64,000 bases of DNA from Octopus bimaculoides (lineage: Eukaryota), in the NCBI RefSeq assembly GCF_001194135.2, contig NC_068983.1:108210927-108274926 (forward strand). The letters are read 5' to 3'. Position 1 is the stretch's first letter. Every line of letters starts with the position of its first letter. The notes under the pieces were generated by a model that searched no databases, was not told the origin of the DNA, and saw only the letters and a program-made list of their open reading frames with translations. Shown here piece by piece: positions 36,301 to 51,500 of this stretch. The position numbers and the translations under genes are program-made.

Positions 36301-39300
36301 AACTGAGGAAACAATAATGGATAAAAAAGCAACTGACAGTAAAACAGGCATCAAATACATGTATTCACTAATGTAATGCAAAGATAATTAAAACACAAGA
36401 AAACTGAATGTACAATATTTGTGAGTTGTCTGGCAGATTGATTAGGTCCAGGACGGATTCCATGCTCCACTCCTTGCTGTGACCAATTGTTTCTGTACAT
36501 CTGAACCTGAAGAATATTAGTTTCGTCCTCTATGTAGAAGAGAACCACCACCAATCATCTTGGGTTACATCTACAATTTGCATTCTTACTCTCCTACAAC
36601 CATGACAGATTGGTACAGGAACTAATTCATCACTCCTTAGGTTTGTGTACAGCATTTCTTGGCCTCATCCTTTGGAAAATCTCAACTCTACAGTGCAATA
36701 CTATATCCTCCTGGTAACACATTTTGGTGCCCCAGATGGTTCTGAGATACTTTTCTATTTGCTGCTGTATTACCTATTCTCTTTTCTGACTTTCAGTTGC
36801 TGTCAGTTTGTATACAACAGTTTTGAGGCAGTTTCTTGCCAAATGGATTCTTGTATCTTTAAGGTTACATTTCATCCAGATCTTGTAAACATATTTTTCA
36901 AGTTTTTTAATTCTTTCAATAATAAAATAGGTTCTTTCTGAAAGATGACATCAGCAAACCCACCAATGCAAGATTTGCAAGTCATGGTCTTTTCTCTTTT
37001 TCTTTTTCGTCATGGTGTTAATAGCCATGGTGGCAGCAGAAGTGAAATTTCAAGCCTTGCTCAAATGACAATTTAATAGGGTGGTGCTGTATTGTTTTAA
37101 AAGTCAAAACAATACTTTCAATCTCTAAACTCATTCCCCCCACTTTTGGGCAAAAGATATTGACATCATGCTTTCTCAAAATTTACGAAGAAATGGGTAA
37201 ATTTTACAAATTTAATCACAAATATCCACCCTGGAAGGTGAACATTCAACAAAGCTTAGTGACTTCTCAGCATTTCTATGATGCTATGTGTCATACAGAG
37301 CAAAAAATTTTAATACTTTGAAAGTTGGTTAAAATAAAACAAAATTTACAAGTGACTCAAAACAGTCGTGTTGCTGGCACCACAAGAAAAACAACAACAA
37401 CTAGTGAACATACAACGTTTAAATTTAATCCAAACATTCCATCAATTTTACTTTGAATACAATAAACTAGGCATAGAGTTGAATTCCTAATATCTAAAAT
37501 GTTTCAAGTTTTCATTGTTTTCCTAAATTCTAACCAAACTTGAAAAAAAAAAAATGTACGAAATAGCTCTTATAAAGATAAAAGAAGTCATTTAAAATAT
37601 ATATAAAAATAATCATCTGAAAATTCTAAATGAAACAAGATTACTCTGAAGTTGAAAAGGAAAATTCAATTACAGACAAAGTAATTTTAAACAATGTCTG
37701 CTTTTTTAATCTTTCAACCAAGGAATACATCTTAGATATTGGTTATTGATTGCTGAGCTGAGTATATAGATGAATCTTCACAATTTCTTGAATGATACAA
37801 CAGTTGGGTGTAGCATCATTCATCATGTGTATTATTCAAAAAAGAAAAATCCTTATAAAACTATTCTCAAAGGAATCTTGTTGTCTTGTAATAGTTAAAT
37901 CAAGGATCAAATATTGCGTCAATCAATGGAGCTTCTTAATTTCATTTAGCATTTTTAATAATTGCATTTTTGAAACAAAGATAATGAATTGCTATCTTTT
38001 TATCAACTGTTTATTATGTACCTGCAAAATAACTGTGACAAATTTAGGCACAAAGCCAGAGTTTTATAGGATAAAGTGGAAGTTAGCTGATGTCATCAAC
38101 CCCATTACTAGACTGGTAATTTATTTCAGGGTCCCAAATCAATGGGCAAATGAATAATTATTCATTGCCCATTGGGCAATGAATTGTCATTAGGCCATGC
38201 AGAAAGAATACAGTTTAAAATTTTATTTCTATTTTCTCAACTGTCAGTTTGCAAGGTGTTTTTGCATTATATATGTTCAATATATGTAATAATTCAATTA
38301 TATATCATACACTTTGTGTTTTGTTCTGCATATGGTGCAAGAAAGGCTGGGAACTGCAGCTTTACTTTACTGACCACAAACGAGAAAAAATGCAAGTTAC
38401 TCTCACATAATTTGAACCCGTAACTTCAAGAGCCAGATGAAACAATGAAAGGCATTCTGTCTAAAGCTAAAACAATTCTGCATTCTACAATCATGAATAT
38501 ATCAGTATTAAAAATTTAATTTAATGCTCTAATCTTAGTAAGCCAAATTCAAACTATGACACACTTAATCCTTAAGATGGATTCTAAGTTAATTTTTAAA
38601 TAGCTTTAAAGACAAAAGGAGTAAAAATATTTTTTTTCTTTATCAATATAATTTTTATTGAAAAACTACATAACAATATACTCCAAACTTTTTTTTTCTA
38701 TTTTATTTGCAATGAAAGCCAAATTCGTGTAGAAATCATGTAATCAAAAATGCTACATGCTTAGTCTTGACTTCCACAGCTACATATAAAAAAGATTTCT
38801 CAATTGTATTGGATATTATTCTTTAAGTAAAAAATCTTCATATTTAACCCACTAACCCAATCTATCAAGTGTATATTATAAACAATCCTGTCACCTGGAA
38901 AGCTCCACAAACAAAAGTACAAAATATCTTATTTTTCTCCATTACTAATAAAGAATTGTATTATGAACAATTATTCTAACTAGGATATTGCAGTTATTCA
39001 GGTTGCTGAATGTACGTTTGACTGTTATCAGTAGGTGGATATATGTACTTCTAAAATATGCTCTCTTGCCCTTGTGCATATAAATATATACATACATACA
39101 TATATACATACATACATACATATATACATNNNNNNNNNNNNNNNNNNNNNNNNNNNNNNNNNNNNNNNNNNNNNNNNNNNNNNNNNNNNNNNNNNNNNNN
39201 NNNNNNNNNNNNNNNNNNNNNNNNNNNNNTATATATATATATATATATATATATATACTCTTAGAATACTTAGTCAATGAGTGTTTCTTTATAAATTCTC

Positions 39301-39847
39301 GGAAGAAAACCAATAATAGTAACCGTAACAGCTGTAACATAAATAAATACCAGTTGAACAGACATTCTTTTAAACTGGGCTACCTCTTTCACAACGGGAA
39401 CTCGAAAATTATGGACAATATTAATTCTAATGCACCATGTTTTGTACAAACAGAATAGACAGAATCATTTAGAAACACGATACAAAAGACAAATGATTTG
39501 AACACTGCCTTTTTAGTAATGTTACAGCAGATCAAACCATCAACCATCTATAAGCAGTTAGTACAATCAATCAGGCAAATAGTATCAGATTTAAAACACA
39601 CCCACTTGAACACATAAAGTGGAATGTATGTAAATTCCAGATCTTTAGTCTCCTCTTTGAAAATTTCACACAACAGAGAAAAACTCTTAACAAGAGCATG
39701 AATGGTGAAACTCATACTTAACAACTCTTGTCTCACAGTTTAAACTGATCACTATGTTGGCTATATTTCTTTTTGTCAAGGAAGAGGAGAATATTTCTGG
39801 TGGTAGATACTGAGTGTTTGCCCAGTAAATCTCATACACTATAATTT

Positions 39848-40050
39848 TTACTATAGGTACAAGGCCTGAAATTTTGGGGAAGGGTGCTAATCGATTTCAT
39901 TGACCCCAGTGTTTCACTGGTACTTAATTCATCAACCCCCGAAAGGATGAAAGGCAAAGTCAATCTTGGAGGAATTTAAACTCAGAACATAGTGGCTGGT
40001 GAAATAATAAGCATTTCATCCAGCACGCTAACGATTCTGCCAGCTCACCA
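39848..40050 (-). mobile_element. Nin/Inv-core tRNA-derived SINE (well preserved)
   Basis: tactataggtacaaggcctgaaattttggggaagggtgc ... cacgctaacgattctgccagctcaccacc. Confidence 0.8.
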
Positions 40051-42525
40051 CCTTCTCATACACTCATACAATGCCAAGGATGGAGGTAATTACAAAGCTT
40101 TGAGCCTGAGTATTAAAGTGGCTTCTTCAGATCCTCAGGAGTTGGACTCAACATTTCAAGCTAAGGAGCCAACCACTTATAAATTTTACAGTGAATCATT
40201 CTCAACCTTCATTAACTTTTTCATCTAATTGAATGGAGCTATTTAAGACATAGATATAACAGAGTGCTTGCAGAACAAAAGCAACCAAAAGGTGGCATAG
40301 CAATCTGTTAACATGGCCATCCATCAACTACAAAAACCTAATTAATTAATCTTACATCAGTTTTCCAATCCTATATCCCAACATCACAACTCAATCATAA
40401 CCTGCAAGACAAAGCTAAACACGACTCTCTACCACACCCCATAATACATGAATAACTAGTAAACTGACCTAGAAATAACTTACTAAATAATGTACAGCTG
40501 CTGGTCAGAAAGAATAGAAACTGCAAAATGTATAAGAACTCCTTCCTAATGTCAAATGGTACAGTGCTGTATCCTGTCAAGATTTGAGGTCTTTTCCCTT
40601 TCTTTAGATATGCATTTGCTCATTTACAATGTGAATCTTTGCCATTTTGGCAAATTACCATATTTTCCAGCATTGAAGATGTTCTGATCTCGAAGATGCA
40701 CCCCAGTCCTGATTTGAACATTTGGAAAGAAGTATAAACATATGAATAAGGTCTCAGTACATTCACAAACTTTACTAAGATGTGTTGTTAGTGGCTTACC
40801 AATATATAGATCCTATTGATCACTTATAGTCTAAATCTTTTCCTTTTGCTCTGACAGTACAGAGACACAGTAAGTTTTCTATAATAGATTACAGTCCTTT
40901 GTGATTAAAATCGGTATATGGAAAATGTAATCTTCATCCCCTTTGACACACAGCAAATTATGAGATTTATTACAAGAAAATAAACAAAGTCTTCAAGTTC
41001 AAGAAATATGTAGTAACAAAGTTGAATAACACACCTACCCAATGTTGCCAATAACAAACACATAATCCTTTATTCCATTCTTAACATACACAAATCTGCA
41101 GTCACTAATATATTCTCTACATCAATCACAAATTGTTCAATAAGTAGAATTGACATTGTAACACTGTGTCACTCAGCAATCCCATGTATTCAACATTTTA
41201 TTTAATTTCTACTTCTCTAAAGAGAAAACCTAAAATAGAAAATTGCTTAACTTTATATCCCACCTCATTAAAAAGCAAGTTCTTTTAATTCATTTAATGA
41301 CTGTTTAATTTTTATTTTTAACATGACCAAGATATCTGAGCCATTATGACAACCAGCCCTGATATTTTGAATCTCTATTTTCACTAATTACTGATATCAG
41401 ATCCAAAAAGACAGGAATCTTACTTTCTAATGACATCTCGTACTGAAGCTACCTATATTGTACAGCATAACATTTTTCTTAATGAAATTCTGCCTAAGGA
41501 TTTATTCTTGTCTAATTAATTGAGCTAGCAGCTTCCACATAGTTACATTATCTGAGCTTCAATATCAATTTATCTTGTTCTTAAGTACATCAAGAACTTT
41601 CCAATCACTAACATTCCAAAATTTACTTGCCTTTCTTTAAGATCCTAATAACAAGAGTTAATGACTTATATTTGTTCATTCCAAAGAGTCTACATATTCT
41701 TCACTAGTTTGGGCAAATATTAAATTTCAAGGACAGAATTGTGCTATGAATTCTTTTACATGAACACATTAATAGAAATCATATTTTCTATACAAGTCGA
41801 ACGTATAGCACAATTTTCTCATGATTATTCTTAGAAAGTTCTACCTTTTACTGCTAAAGCCCCAAAAAAGAAACAAGATTCATTTTAGAGCTTAAAGACA
41901 TACTTAGGTTTTGGACAATCACTGACCATTTCCTAGGCCCAAATATAATCCATAAATAAGTTTTCAAACTGAGAAACTAGTTAGGGACCAAAATATCAGA
42001 TCATATGGAATACAAGACAATATGCAATGATAATCTTTTTCATTCATTCAGTTTAATAGCCAAATCATATTTACATAATCATACATTAACATTTATATTT
42101 CATTATGTTCTCTCATTACGAATCTACATTTTATAATCAAAATACAATTTACTTCAATTTTGTTAGTGAGTTTGTGTGTAAGTGTGCAGTAAGACATAAT
42201 TAATCTTCTTTAAAGCAAAATTTTGCATAAAGTACTAATAAATAAAATGGATTTATCCTTAAAATATATTTCCCTAAAATACAACGTATCAACAAACCCT
42301 TGTTAACAGTTCTTGAATTTAAAAGGAAAGGTATATTATTAGTCATGTTGTTACAGACCATACAGAAATGATCTGCATAGTGTGCTAAAGTTGTGCAAAA
42401 TAAACTTGAAGAATGGAGGAAGTATAGGAGGACTAAGAAATAAATTAGTTCAGAATGTTATTTGCAGAAATATTTGAAGAGCAAATACCAATATGATAGA
42501 GAAGTAAAATCTGAAAATGTAACTT

Positions 42526-42557
<32 letters not shown>

Positions 42558-44002
42558 NNNNNNNNNNCTGAACTGAACTGAAGTCTGAGTGAAATAGGAG
42601 CATTTCTAAAAGGAACAGAAGAATATCACCTAAGCAGATTTTTTTTCTTTTTTTTTTTTTTACCTTTTGCTAGATTCATTAGTCTCAATCTATAATAGTT
42701 AAAATATTTGATGCCATAAGAAAATTTCCCTTAAGTGTTACACCAAGCTTTCAATCAAAGCTAACTAAGAAAATGATATTAGGTATCTGTGAAAGTTGTT
42801 AACAATGAAACTTGCCCGAAATGCAAAGTATCAGACAAATGTTTAATCTAATAGAATGGAGAGCCCAGAGCAAAGAGAAGCAATACAACAGAATCATAAA
42901 AAAACATGAATAGATACTATTAATGCCAACAATATTTTCTCTATTCTTAATTACAAGGTTACTTTCAGTTTAACATTTTTATGTTACTAGTATTATTTTA
43001 TTGATCCCAAAAGAATTTGAGCCATGAAGCATGATAGTTTATTGCCTTCAATATATATTACTTACATTTGTACTACTTCCAACAACATCACCTATACATA
43101 CATATATACTTCTTCAAATTCTATGAAGAGAATTTCTGGTCAAATTGAAAATCTAACTTCTGTGTAGTTCTTTTTCAGAAAGAAAATGAGTGAATTATGC
43201 ATTGCTAATGATGAAAATTATAATTTCGCAATTTAGATGATACCACGCACTACTATATAGCTAAATTCATTGTGATAAGAACAAAACAAAATCTAGATAC
43301 GAAATAATTTAGTTCTGTTAAACTAGTATCAAGCCTTTAAATTGAGTATGATGACTGATTCTTAATCAGTGAGGATTAAGATTATTCTATTCACCTTTTA
43401 TTCAGCTGACATGTCTCTTATACTGAATGGTTGAAAGCAATAAAACTTTAAAATATCCATTATACAAGCATGACTACAGTCTCCTACCACTATAATAAAA
43501 AATATACTTAAAATTCTTATTAAAAATAAATATAACACTATGATTATATTGTTCAAATTGTGATCTTTTAGAAAGTTACTAATCACCAGCTACTATTAGA
43601 ACAAAAAACAAAAACAACTACAACCAACCTCAAACTGCGGTGCACTAAAGTTGCAATGAGTTAAAGAGTTAGCCACAGTCAACCTTGAATTATTTCCATC
43701 AAAGTCTTTGTTCAAATGTTGCTAAGTTTATAAAAATTTCTAGTTAAAACGTAATTTACCCAGATACACTTAAATTCAAATAGATTATAAAGTAATGCAC
43801 ACACACACATAAATATATACAGTGTAGTTTCTATTATTGCTGAGTATGCCAGGTCATCTCCATCTGAACTGATCATTTGTGGCATGGAAGAAGTCGATTG
43901 GTGTCAAGCAGGATCCAGTACATGAATCTGTTCACAAGAATATTGCAAATGTAAGATGTCAAGCTTTCCAGGACTGGTTGAACTTCAATATTGCAATATA
44001 CC

Positions 44003-44199
44003 TAAGGCAGTGAACTGGCAGAATTGTTACCGCTTAGTGGTATTTCTTCCAAATTTATGAGTTCAAATGCCACTGGAGTCAACTTTGCCTCTCATCCTTT
44101 CAGCGTCAATAAAATAAGTATCAGTTGAGCACTGTAGATGATTCAATCGACTTGAACCCTCTCCTACAATTGCAGGCCTTGTGCCAAAATTTGAAACCA
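44003..44199 (+). mobile_element. Nin/Inv-core tRNA-derived SINE
   Basis: aaggcagtgaactggcagaattg ... gagttcaaatgcc ... ggccttgtgccaaaatttgaaacc. Confidence 0.8.
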
Positions 44200-44802
44200 A
44201 TATATCAAAATTGCAGCTCTAATCACTTTTTTTTCTTTTCATTCAAGAATATGATGTCCTATATTATGATTAATACTTAATATAAGAAATTTTATTTTTT
44301 TAAAATATATATAGGGAGTTTGTTTTACTAGAATCTTGACAACTGCTGTGAGGAAATTAGCAAAGCTATTACAGAAGCTCTTAGGCAAGATTGCAAAATT
44401 GCCTCCAATTAACAGTATATCAAACTAGAGTAATAGTCAACAAAAAAAAAATGTTTTAGCAAATTCCTTTGCTTTTATAAATATTAGTCTTAAAAAAATT
44501 GAAGACTGATTAGTAACATCTATAACTGTACATTAAGAAATACAAAGATATTAGATATAGTGGTTCAATGCATGTAAGGAAATTTTTAAAGCAAAGATAA
44601 GGATATTATAATTATGGATTCCGTATTGTATTTGATTTTAATTATGGGTTCTTTATTGTATTTGAGTTGAACTTTACTATATCAATATATACACAAAAAC
44701 AAAAGAAAAAAACATGATTATAAAAGCAGGCATAATATACCAATAAGGCATACTTTTCTTCATCTCAAAATATAAACATTCCAGATTTCTGACCGTGGAT
44801 CA

Positions 44803-44836
<34 letters not shown>

Positions 44837-45100
44837 ACACACACACATGTACATATTAAAATATATATTTATATATATATATATATATATATAGTTGTAT
44901 ACACACATGTACATATGCACACATATACAAGAATAGTGGTGACATTTACTTTGAAGTTTCAGTCTTCTAGCCTTCATGAAGGATAGCTGGTGAAAACTTC
45001 AAAGTCTTGTACTCTCCAAAATATATTGAGTAATCCTTCTCATCCTTCACTTTTATGTAAAACTGTTTTTAATTATAACTCAACATAAAAACAAGCATTA

Positions 45101-45139
<39 letters not shown>

Positions 45140-45149
45140 NNNNNNNNNN

Positions 45150-45184
<35 letters not shown>

Positions 45185-45524
45185 ATAAGATAAAGAGACC
45201 AATGGCAAAGGTAGAATTATATTTTATGTATATTATATTTTATATATATGTATATATGTATATACACAGACACACACACACAAACATACACTAACATTAT
45301 ACACATATAAGACACAAGCATATACATATTTATAACATATCTATATGCATATATGCAAAAACAGTGGTCAATTATTGATGTTAAATAGAAAATTTCAAAA
45401 AAGGTTAAACACTGTAGCATGTACACGTAATTGCACTCTTCCTGTCTAGGATTTATTTCCTCACTAAACATCACATCACTTGTTGCACACACACACACAC
45501 GTGCACATACACACACATACACAT

Positions 45525-45573
<49 letters not shown>

Positions 45574-46482
45574 TATACACACAGCAAAAACAATACAAAT
45601 TATTTCATAAAGGAAACAGAAATGCAAATAGAAAGATTATGAGGAAACAGTACAAACAGAATCAATCTATATATTTCTATTCATATATGAAATTCTGAAC
45701 GGTATTTATAGTATGAATTCACTTCAACATCAATAATATATCACATTGGAGCCATTTTTAGGTTTCTTCTCAGAATGGTTCCAATGCCTAACTAAACCCT
45801 CTACCATACAATTCACTAAACTGGTCTATTGATTTTCCTTCAATAAATTCTGTTTGAGGGTAATTGCATGAAGCACACTAAAACTTCTCTTTCTCTCTTT
45901 CTCTCTCTTTTTTTTTTTTGTTAACTAATATCAAATTCCAAGCATATTATAACAGAAGAGTTAGAAGTGAAATTAATATTAAGCAGTAAGAGAAAGAAAT
46001 AATCATGTCTTTTATAAAATCCTTTCTTTTCTTTTTTTGCATGTGTTCTTTTTAGTATAAAACTTATAAATGAATAAAAGTTCAAAAAAACGAAAAAGAA
46101 AATAAAGATAAGTATCTTGGAAAAATATACCATGCATAAATATATACATATATATATCAATAACACTATATACAGTTCTTCCTTCTCATAATTCAGATGA
46201 CAGACTTTTATCAGNNNNNNNNNNNNNNNNNNNNNNNNNNNNNNNNNNNNNNNNNNNNNNNNNNNNNNNNNNNNNNNNNNNNNNNNNNNNNNNNNNNNNN
46301 NNNNNNNNNNNNNNNNNNNNNNNNNNNNNNNNNNNNNNNNNNNNNNNNNNNNNNNNNNNNNNNNNNNNNNNNNNNNNNNNNNNNNNNNNNNNNNNNNNNN
46401 NNNNNNNNNNNNNNNNNNNNNNNNNNNNNNNNNNNNNNNNNNNNNNNNNNNNNNNNNNNNNNNNNNNNNNNNNNNNNNNNNN

Positions 46483-46543
<61 letters not shown>

Positions 46544-47074
46544 ATGTGTGTGTGTGTATATATATATACATATATATCTTTCAAAACGCAAGGCAAAAAG
46601 ATTGCCAAATAAAATTAGGAGTGAAAATAAATAAATCCCTTCCATAATTTCAGTAGGTAAAACAATAGCATAAGATATATGGATTTAATTGGTAGTGATC
46701 AGGATAGAATTTTATCCTGTTAGCTCCAAATATCAATCAGTGTCTTACTCATTTTCCTTGATAGAAGACAGAGGAAAATAACAATTTATGACCATATTTG
46801 GAATTAATTTATGTCAAACGCTATATTGAATGAATACTTCCTTTATGGATGGATAAGACAATTTTTGAATTAACTTTCCTATCGGAAAAGACACCAGACA
46901 AATGGAATATAAGAAAATAAAAAAAAAAAAAAACAGAAAAGGAAAAAAAATGAAAAAAAATTGCAAAGCAATTTTATTTTGAAAAATTAATGTATGCTTC
47001 AACATAACTAGAGTAAAGAAAATCTGTAGCTTGTAAACTGCCCTAACACACAAAACCATACTTCATTAAAGAAT

Positions 47075-48500
47075 TCATTCGTACATATAAATATAGATAG
47101 ATAGATAAACAGATAGATAAAACAGACAAACAGATGGATAACACAGGTAAAGAGATAGATAAATAGATATCAGTACACACATACCAATGTACCCACTCAT
47201 ATATATCCACACATTACACACACATACATATGCATACATACATAGATATATATATACATACATACATAGATATATACAAACAAATATACACATACATATA
47301 TACATTTCCATACATATATATATATACACATATATAAATATAGACATGATATATACATATATATCTACACATACATATATGCCTACATACATATATATAT
47401 ATATATATATACACATATATATATATATACATATATATACACATATATATATGTACATATATATACACACATATATATATACATATATATACACACATAT
47501 ATATATACATATATATACACACATATATACANNNNNNNNNNNNNNNNNNNNNNNNNNNNNNNNNNNNNNNNNNNNNNNNNNNNNNNNNNNNNNNNNNNNN
47601 NNNNNNNNNNNNNNNNNNNNNNNNNNNNNNNNNNNNNNNNNNNNNNNNNNNNNNNNNNNNNNNNNNNNNNNNNNNNNNNNNNNNNNNNNNNNNNNNNNNN
47701 NNNNNNNNNNNNNNNNNNNNNNNNNNNNNNNNNNNNNNNNNNNNNNNNNNNNNNNNNNNNNNNNNNNNNNNNNNNNNNNNNNNNNNNNNNNNNNNNNNNN
47801 NNNNNNNNNNNNNNNNNNNNNNNNNNNNNNNNNNNNNNNACAAACATATATATACACATATATATACACTACATATACACACACGTATTTATACACATAT
47901 ATATGCATACACTCATATATATATATACACATATACACATACAGACACATATATACACACACATATATATATATACACACACACATATATACACATATAT
48001 ATATACACACATATATACACACACATATATACACACATATATGTACATATATATATATATATATATATACACATGCATAATATATATACACATACACATA
48101 TATACATATCTATACACATACATACTTATGCACACACACACACACATATATATATACATATATATGTATATATATATATATACACATATACACACATACA
48201 TATATGTATATATATATATACATATTATACACACACAAACATATTTAAAGACACATATGTGTGAACATACTATGAGTGTGTGTGCACATATATATAAATA
48301 CATATACATATATATTTATATACTTATATATACTCTATATGTACAGGCTTGTATATGTTTGTGCATATACACACACTATATATATAGATATATATATATA
48401 TAGATATATGTGTGTGTGTGTGTGTAATGAAATATTGTGTGCATACACAATCATAAATCATATGTACATTGATATATCATACATACGAACGCACATAGAG
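47075..48500. repeat. Long compound (TA)/(CA)/(TACA) low-complexity tract spanning a 308-N gap
   Basis: Directly visible; source of the longest ORF-track entries (e.g. 47075..48097). Confidence 0.95.
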
Positions 48501-48599
48501 TTATAAAGAAATTTTAATTTGAATGCAATGACACTAAAATCTGTTTGTGTATAAGTTAATATGACTACTAAAACCCCCACTGGAATCACGTTATTGCGT

Positions 48600-51500
48600 T
48601 ATTTTCGCTTTCCTTTTACAAAGATTCTCTTAACTCTAGTGAATTTAAATTTTATTCTATTTAAAATCCTTCAGAAGAAAACTTTTTCCCCAGAAGAATT
48701 TATTTATTTATTTTTATTTTAGCACATCAATTCGATGTTTCTTGGTAGGATTAAGAAAAATTTTTGTTTTAAATATAACATAATATAACCCTGAATGGTA
48801 TTACCTATAAAGTATATGTTTCAATATGTTCCATATTGAAACTATATTACCAAGACATTCTTGTCGGATATGTTAAGGAAAGTTTTTTTTTTTTTTTTTA
48901 TTATAAGTAGTGTTATGGTTTTCTCCATTGATCTTCTAAGGAAGAAAAAAATTGAGCCACAACTTCATTAAAATATGGTAAAAAAAAAAATACCAAATAT
49001 TGTATTAGTGAGAAATCTGTATTACGTTTCTCTGAATAAAATTCTTCACGAAAATTATTTAGTTAAACCTATTAAAACTGGACACTTATTTCTAGTTTAA
49101 GACAAAGTTGCGAAAGGGTAGTCGTTACACAATGATGGTGCTAAGTGGCAGTGCTTGCAGATCTCATTAGGAACTAGAGACACAATACCTTTCCGAAAGC
49201 AAAATCTATTGGTTTTCTATGGATTAATGATGTCCAGTGTATGATATTTCAAGACTGAATGTAGAGAATTAAAATAAGTGAAAATTCAGAAAGATGAAAA
49301 AATTCCGATTGATAATTTTAATATCTTACATAATAAGGAAAAGGGAAATCATAAATTATAAAAATAAATTTCGCAAAAAAAAAAAAAAAAAAAATAGGTT
49401 TATAACTAGACAAAAGCCCACTGAGTGAAAGTTTTATATTTCATATATCAAGACAGATTGAACAGATTTGCTATTCAAACCGCTAAAGGGAAAAGAAGCA
49501 ACAAAAGGTCGATATTATACTTTTGTTGCTTCTTTCATGCTGCTGCGATCATGTTTATGTTAGTGAAAGTATGCCACTACAGAAGGTAGTCGAAAGCTTT
49601 CCTTGAGTATACTTGATGCCTTTGAGAAATCGTTACAAGATAAGGAATTAGATTTTCTCAGTTTATTTTTTTGCCACACATTATATATGGCTATAGTAAT
49701 TAATTTAAGTGAGCCACTACAACCATTTACGTTAGGGAATGGAACGAGTGACAGCTTAAGTAAAAGAGCATATGGAGTTGTTTAGATTTGCAGCGATTTT
49801 AGAGATCGATAAGGGAGGAAGAAAAATGAAACCCAAAACAACAGGACCAAAAATCCCCGATATTCGAACTATTTTCAGTAATCATCTCGATTAATTGCTT
49901 ATTACACAAGAGATATTCTTACAGAAAGATGGCGGAAGTGTTAGAAGATGGAATAAATGGAGAAGACGATTGAGTGACAGTTGCAATGTTCCATGAAGAA
50001 AACGAAGATCCGCGTGTTAAGAGAAGACTTCTTTCGTAATTGTGACATATACAATAGAACAGATCATAATTTATAGAAAACAATAGCTACAAGCGATTTT
50101 GAAGGAAGATTAGTTCAGTAGAACCAAAAAGAAACAGCAATCAGCTAACACTATTTCAAATGAATGAAATCGAAATGGCTTCCAAAAATTCAATTCCATG
50201 AATTTCCTTCCGAAATCTTGCGTAATTTCCACAAAAAGCTAAATATTATTCCTTATCGCAACTAAAAAATTTTATTTTCCATAAAGACACAGTCACATGT
50301 CAATGTTAAGACAGATTTGTTCCGATAATGGTAATTTTCTTTTTCAACGGCTCTAAGAAGGGAGTGTGGGCAGTGTCGTGTAAAAGTGATAGTTGCTTCG
50401 TCCTGACCTTGTCATTAACAAGTTAGATATCGCTAGCGTTGGGGAGAGATTTTACTGGATGAATTCCGATGCATTTATTTTTGAAATAAATTTATATACA
50501 CACATACAAATCTAAGAGCACTGTACGGAATTAAGAAGCTACCAAACGGAGCGCCTCGTGATACTTATGGTTAGTAGTTGGTGACAAAATGTAATGTAGA
50601 ACAAATAATATTTAGATGTCGTTTAAATGAAATATTGAAAACAGGAGTAGAAAAAGAAAAAATTAAGGCAACATTTCTTCTATTTCGGAAAAATGGTGAT
50701 AGATAACAGACCATTTCAAGAGAACGTCGAGAATTCGTGAATTCAAAAATCTGGTGTATAAGTTCAAATATCAGTAAAATGAAAAAAAAAAAAGTAACCT
50801 TAAAAGATTTAAATGCAACTGTTGGTTTGATGTTGGAATAAAATTTAATGAGATAATGTCAGGAGATTAGGAGCTTAAAACAGAGTGAAGTGAAAGAATT
50901 GAAGCCGTTTTGGAATACAGAAAGAATCCCCGTCACCATACCTGTAAGGTAGCGTGCAGGTGGTTTGATGCAAAAAGAAAAAAGAAAATGGGAGGGTATC
51001 AGAAATATAAGTTACAAAAGAAACAGGTGGAAAGGGGAAAATGCATGGTGACAACTGTAAAGAAAATGGGCTGAAGTAGGAATAGGCTAAAAAAAAAACA
51101 GAAAAGGCAAGTGAATAATAGTTTGAAGGTAAATAGCTAAATGGGTGGAACCGTGAACAAAAAGCAATAGTTGCCGTGGCTTGCTAAATGAAACGTACGT
51201 AAAAGAGGAATTGGAACAAGAAAGAATGGAAGGGAATGCAAGAAGGAGAAGAGAAATCATAGATTAAACAAAGACCTATGAGAAGAGAAATTGTTGCATA
51301 GAAATAATCTATGAGAGACGATGTGTGTAGTAGCAGTAGATAAGTCTGAATGCAGAAACCCGGAAAATTCGCATCTAGGTATCTAATCACCAAAAACGAA
51401 AAGGAAGGGAAAGAGAGAGAGAAAAAAAACTCTCAGATCAGCTTCGATCGATGTATATCTTATATCTTTCTTCAATAATTTAACAGTTGTCGGTGAATAA

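Noticed and set aside
36400-36940. Coding-looking, slightly GC-richer stretch on the minus strand
   Set aside because: Multiple stops in all frames and no recognisable motif; possibly a very old TE, but unsupported.
9410-45860. Many further splice-flanked open segments on the minus strand (e.g. near 9.4, 12.4, 13.2, 23.4, 24.1, 25.3, 32.3, 38.4, 39.4, 40.5-40.7 and 45.8 kb)
   Set aside because: Short open AG..GT segments are expected by chance in AT-rich DNA. They do not chain into a phase-consistent protein I recognise, so no gene name is assigned.
45921-48506. Long ORF-track entries (up to 340 aa) rich in YI/HT/CV
   Set aside because: They are translations of (TA)/(CA)/(TG) microsatellites and N gaps; the same applies to most ORF-track entries across the window.
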